Assembly: GCF_009834535.1 (NCBI RefSeq)
Contig: NC_045696.1
Coordinates: 82,462,001 to 82,526,000 of the forward strand
Length of the DNA stretch: 64,000 nucleotides
Source: Camelus ferus
Taxonomy: Eukaryota
Direction: 5' to 3'
Shown: positions 63,456 to 64,000 of the stretch, in pieces
Layout: the number at the start of each line of letters is the position of its first letter
How positions within the stretch are numbered: the stretch's first letter is position 1
Notes under the pieces: model-generated
Databases searched by the model: none
The model's input: the letters and a program-made list of their open reading frames with translations, nothing else
What the model was told of the DNA's origin: nothing
Position numbers and translations under genes: made by a program

Positions 63456-64000
63456 TATGTGTATTATAGCACCTGAGTGTGAGGCTTGATGAAAATATAG
63501 CAGTGTTTTCTGCTTTATCCCCTGTGTCTAAAATAGTGCTCAATACATATTTTGTGGGATGAATGAGCGAAAAAAAAAAAAACAAGCCAGGAGAGGTAGG
63601 CAAAATCTGATTATGAAGCTAATAAATGTGGACTATATCTTAAAGGCACTGGAGACTTTTAAGCAGAGCAACGACATGACCATATTAAATCTGGGTGGCA
63701 GCAGAGCAAATGATCAGAGTAGGGGGAGATTGGAGGCAGGGGTCCAGGGAGGAGGCCACAGCAGTAATGCAGGAGAAGGATGATGAATGTCTGAACAAAA
63801 GTAGTGGCACTGGGTATGGAGAACAGGTCAAATTACAAGATGCTTAGAAGGCAGAATTGTGACAACTCTCTGATTGCTGTGAGGGTGAGGGAAATGGAGA
63901 GAAAAATCTCAGGGGTGTTTGTTTTCTAGTTTAGGTGACTTGTGAGAGAGGCAACAGCAGAAGGACTGGGGGAAGATGCTGAGTTTGTTTTGGAATGCAC
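63040..64000 (-). mobile_element. fragmented L2 LINE (~63040-63410 and ~63590-64000) with an inserted + strand L2 tail at ~63500-63566
   Basis: aggcttcatggagg...tttgagtgttgagtct; ggagacttttaagcagagcaacgacatgacc...ggagattggaggcaggg...gttttctagtttaggtgact...gagtttgttttgga. Confidence 0.7.
63414..63455. repeat. (TG)15(CG)3(TG)2 alternating purine-pyrimidine repeat
   Basis: Seen directly. Confidence 0.95.

Noticed and set aside
63750..63775. ggccacagcag resembling the start of the CPEB3 HDV-like ribozyme
   Set aside because: It lies inside an L2 fragment and the rest of the ribozyme sequence is absent.
735..63783. All six-frame ORFs (60-166 aa), e.g. 4377-4820, 6688-7161, 6791-7288, 18900-19400, 62355-62756
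   Set aside because: No recognisable domains or coding-like composition. Many overlap repeats or microsatellites and start at TTG/GTG. Lengths fit chance ORFs in mammalian non-coding DNA.
1..64000. CRISPR arrays, operons, tRNA/rRNA genes, CpG-island promoter
   Set aside because: No regularly spaced repeat-spacer structure, RNA-gene signature or CpG island was seen; the sequence is CpG-depleted mammalian DNA.
1..64000. Naming the host gene
   Set aside because: No exon is present to identify it; the developmental-gene intron reading is inference only and needs a BLAT search.

Overview
Non-coding placental-mammal genomic DNA, probably camelid. The youngest L1 3' end resembles alpaca/camel L1 as I recall it, and I saw no Alu, B1/B2, Bov-A/BovB, SINEC or PRE-1. 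I found no protein-coding exon, RNA gene, CpG island or prokaryotic feature, and none of the listed ORFs resembles a real protein. The window is a mosaic of old eutherian repeats (MIR, L2, MER5/MER20, MaLR MLT1 LTRs, L1M fragments), a few microsatellites, and several kb-scale repeat-poor blocks rich in homeodomain/SOX/POU/TALE motifs. All recognisable L1 fragments are on the - strand. Together this suggests a long intron of a + strand gene, possibly a developmental regulator; this is inference and I cannot name the gene. The best-supported unusual feature is a 5'-truncated L1 at 40616-41595. It carries a probably two-step 3' transduction, target-site duplications and a canonical endonuclease site. 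Other items of interest are an ancient palindromic MER121-like element (~47190-47610), a recursive-splice-site-like AG|GTAAG motif (41941) and candidate enhancers. I found no convincing previously undescribed system. Repeat family names come from my recall of consensus sequences, boundaries are approximate, and both need RepeatMasker/Dfam confirmation.
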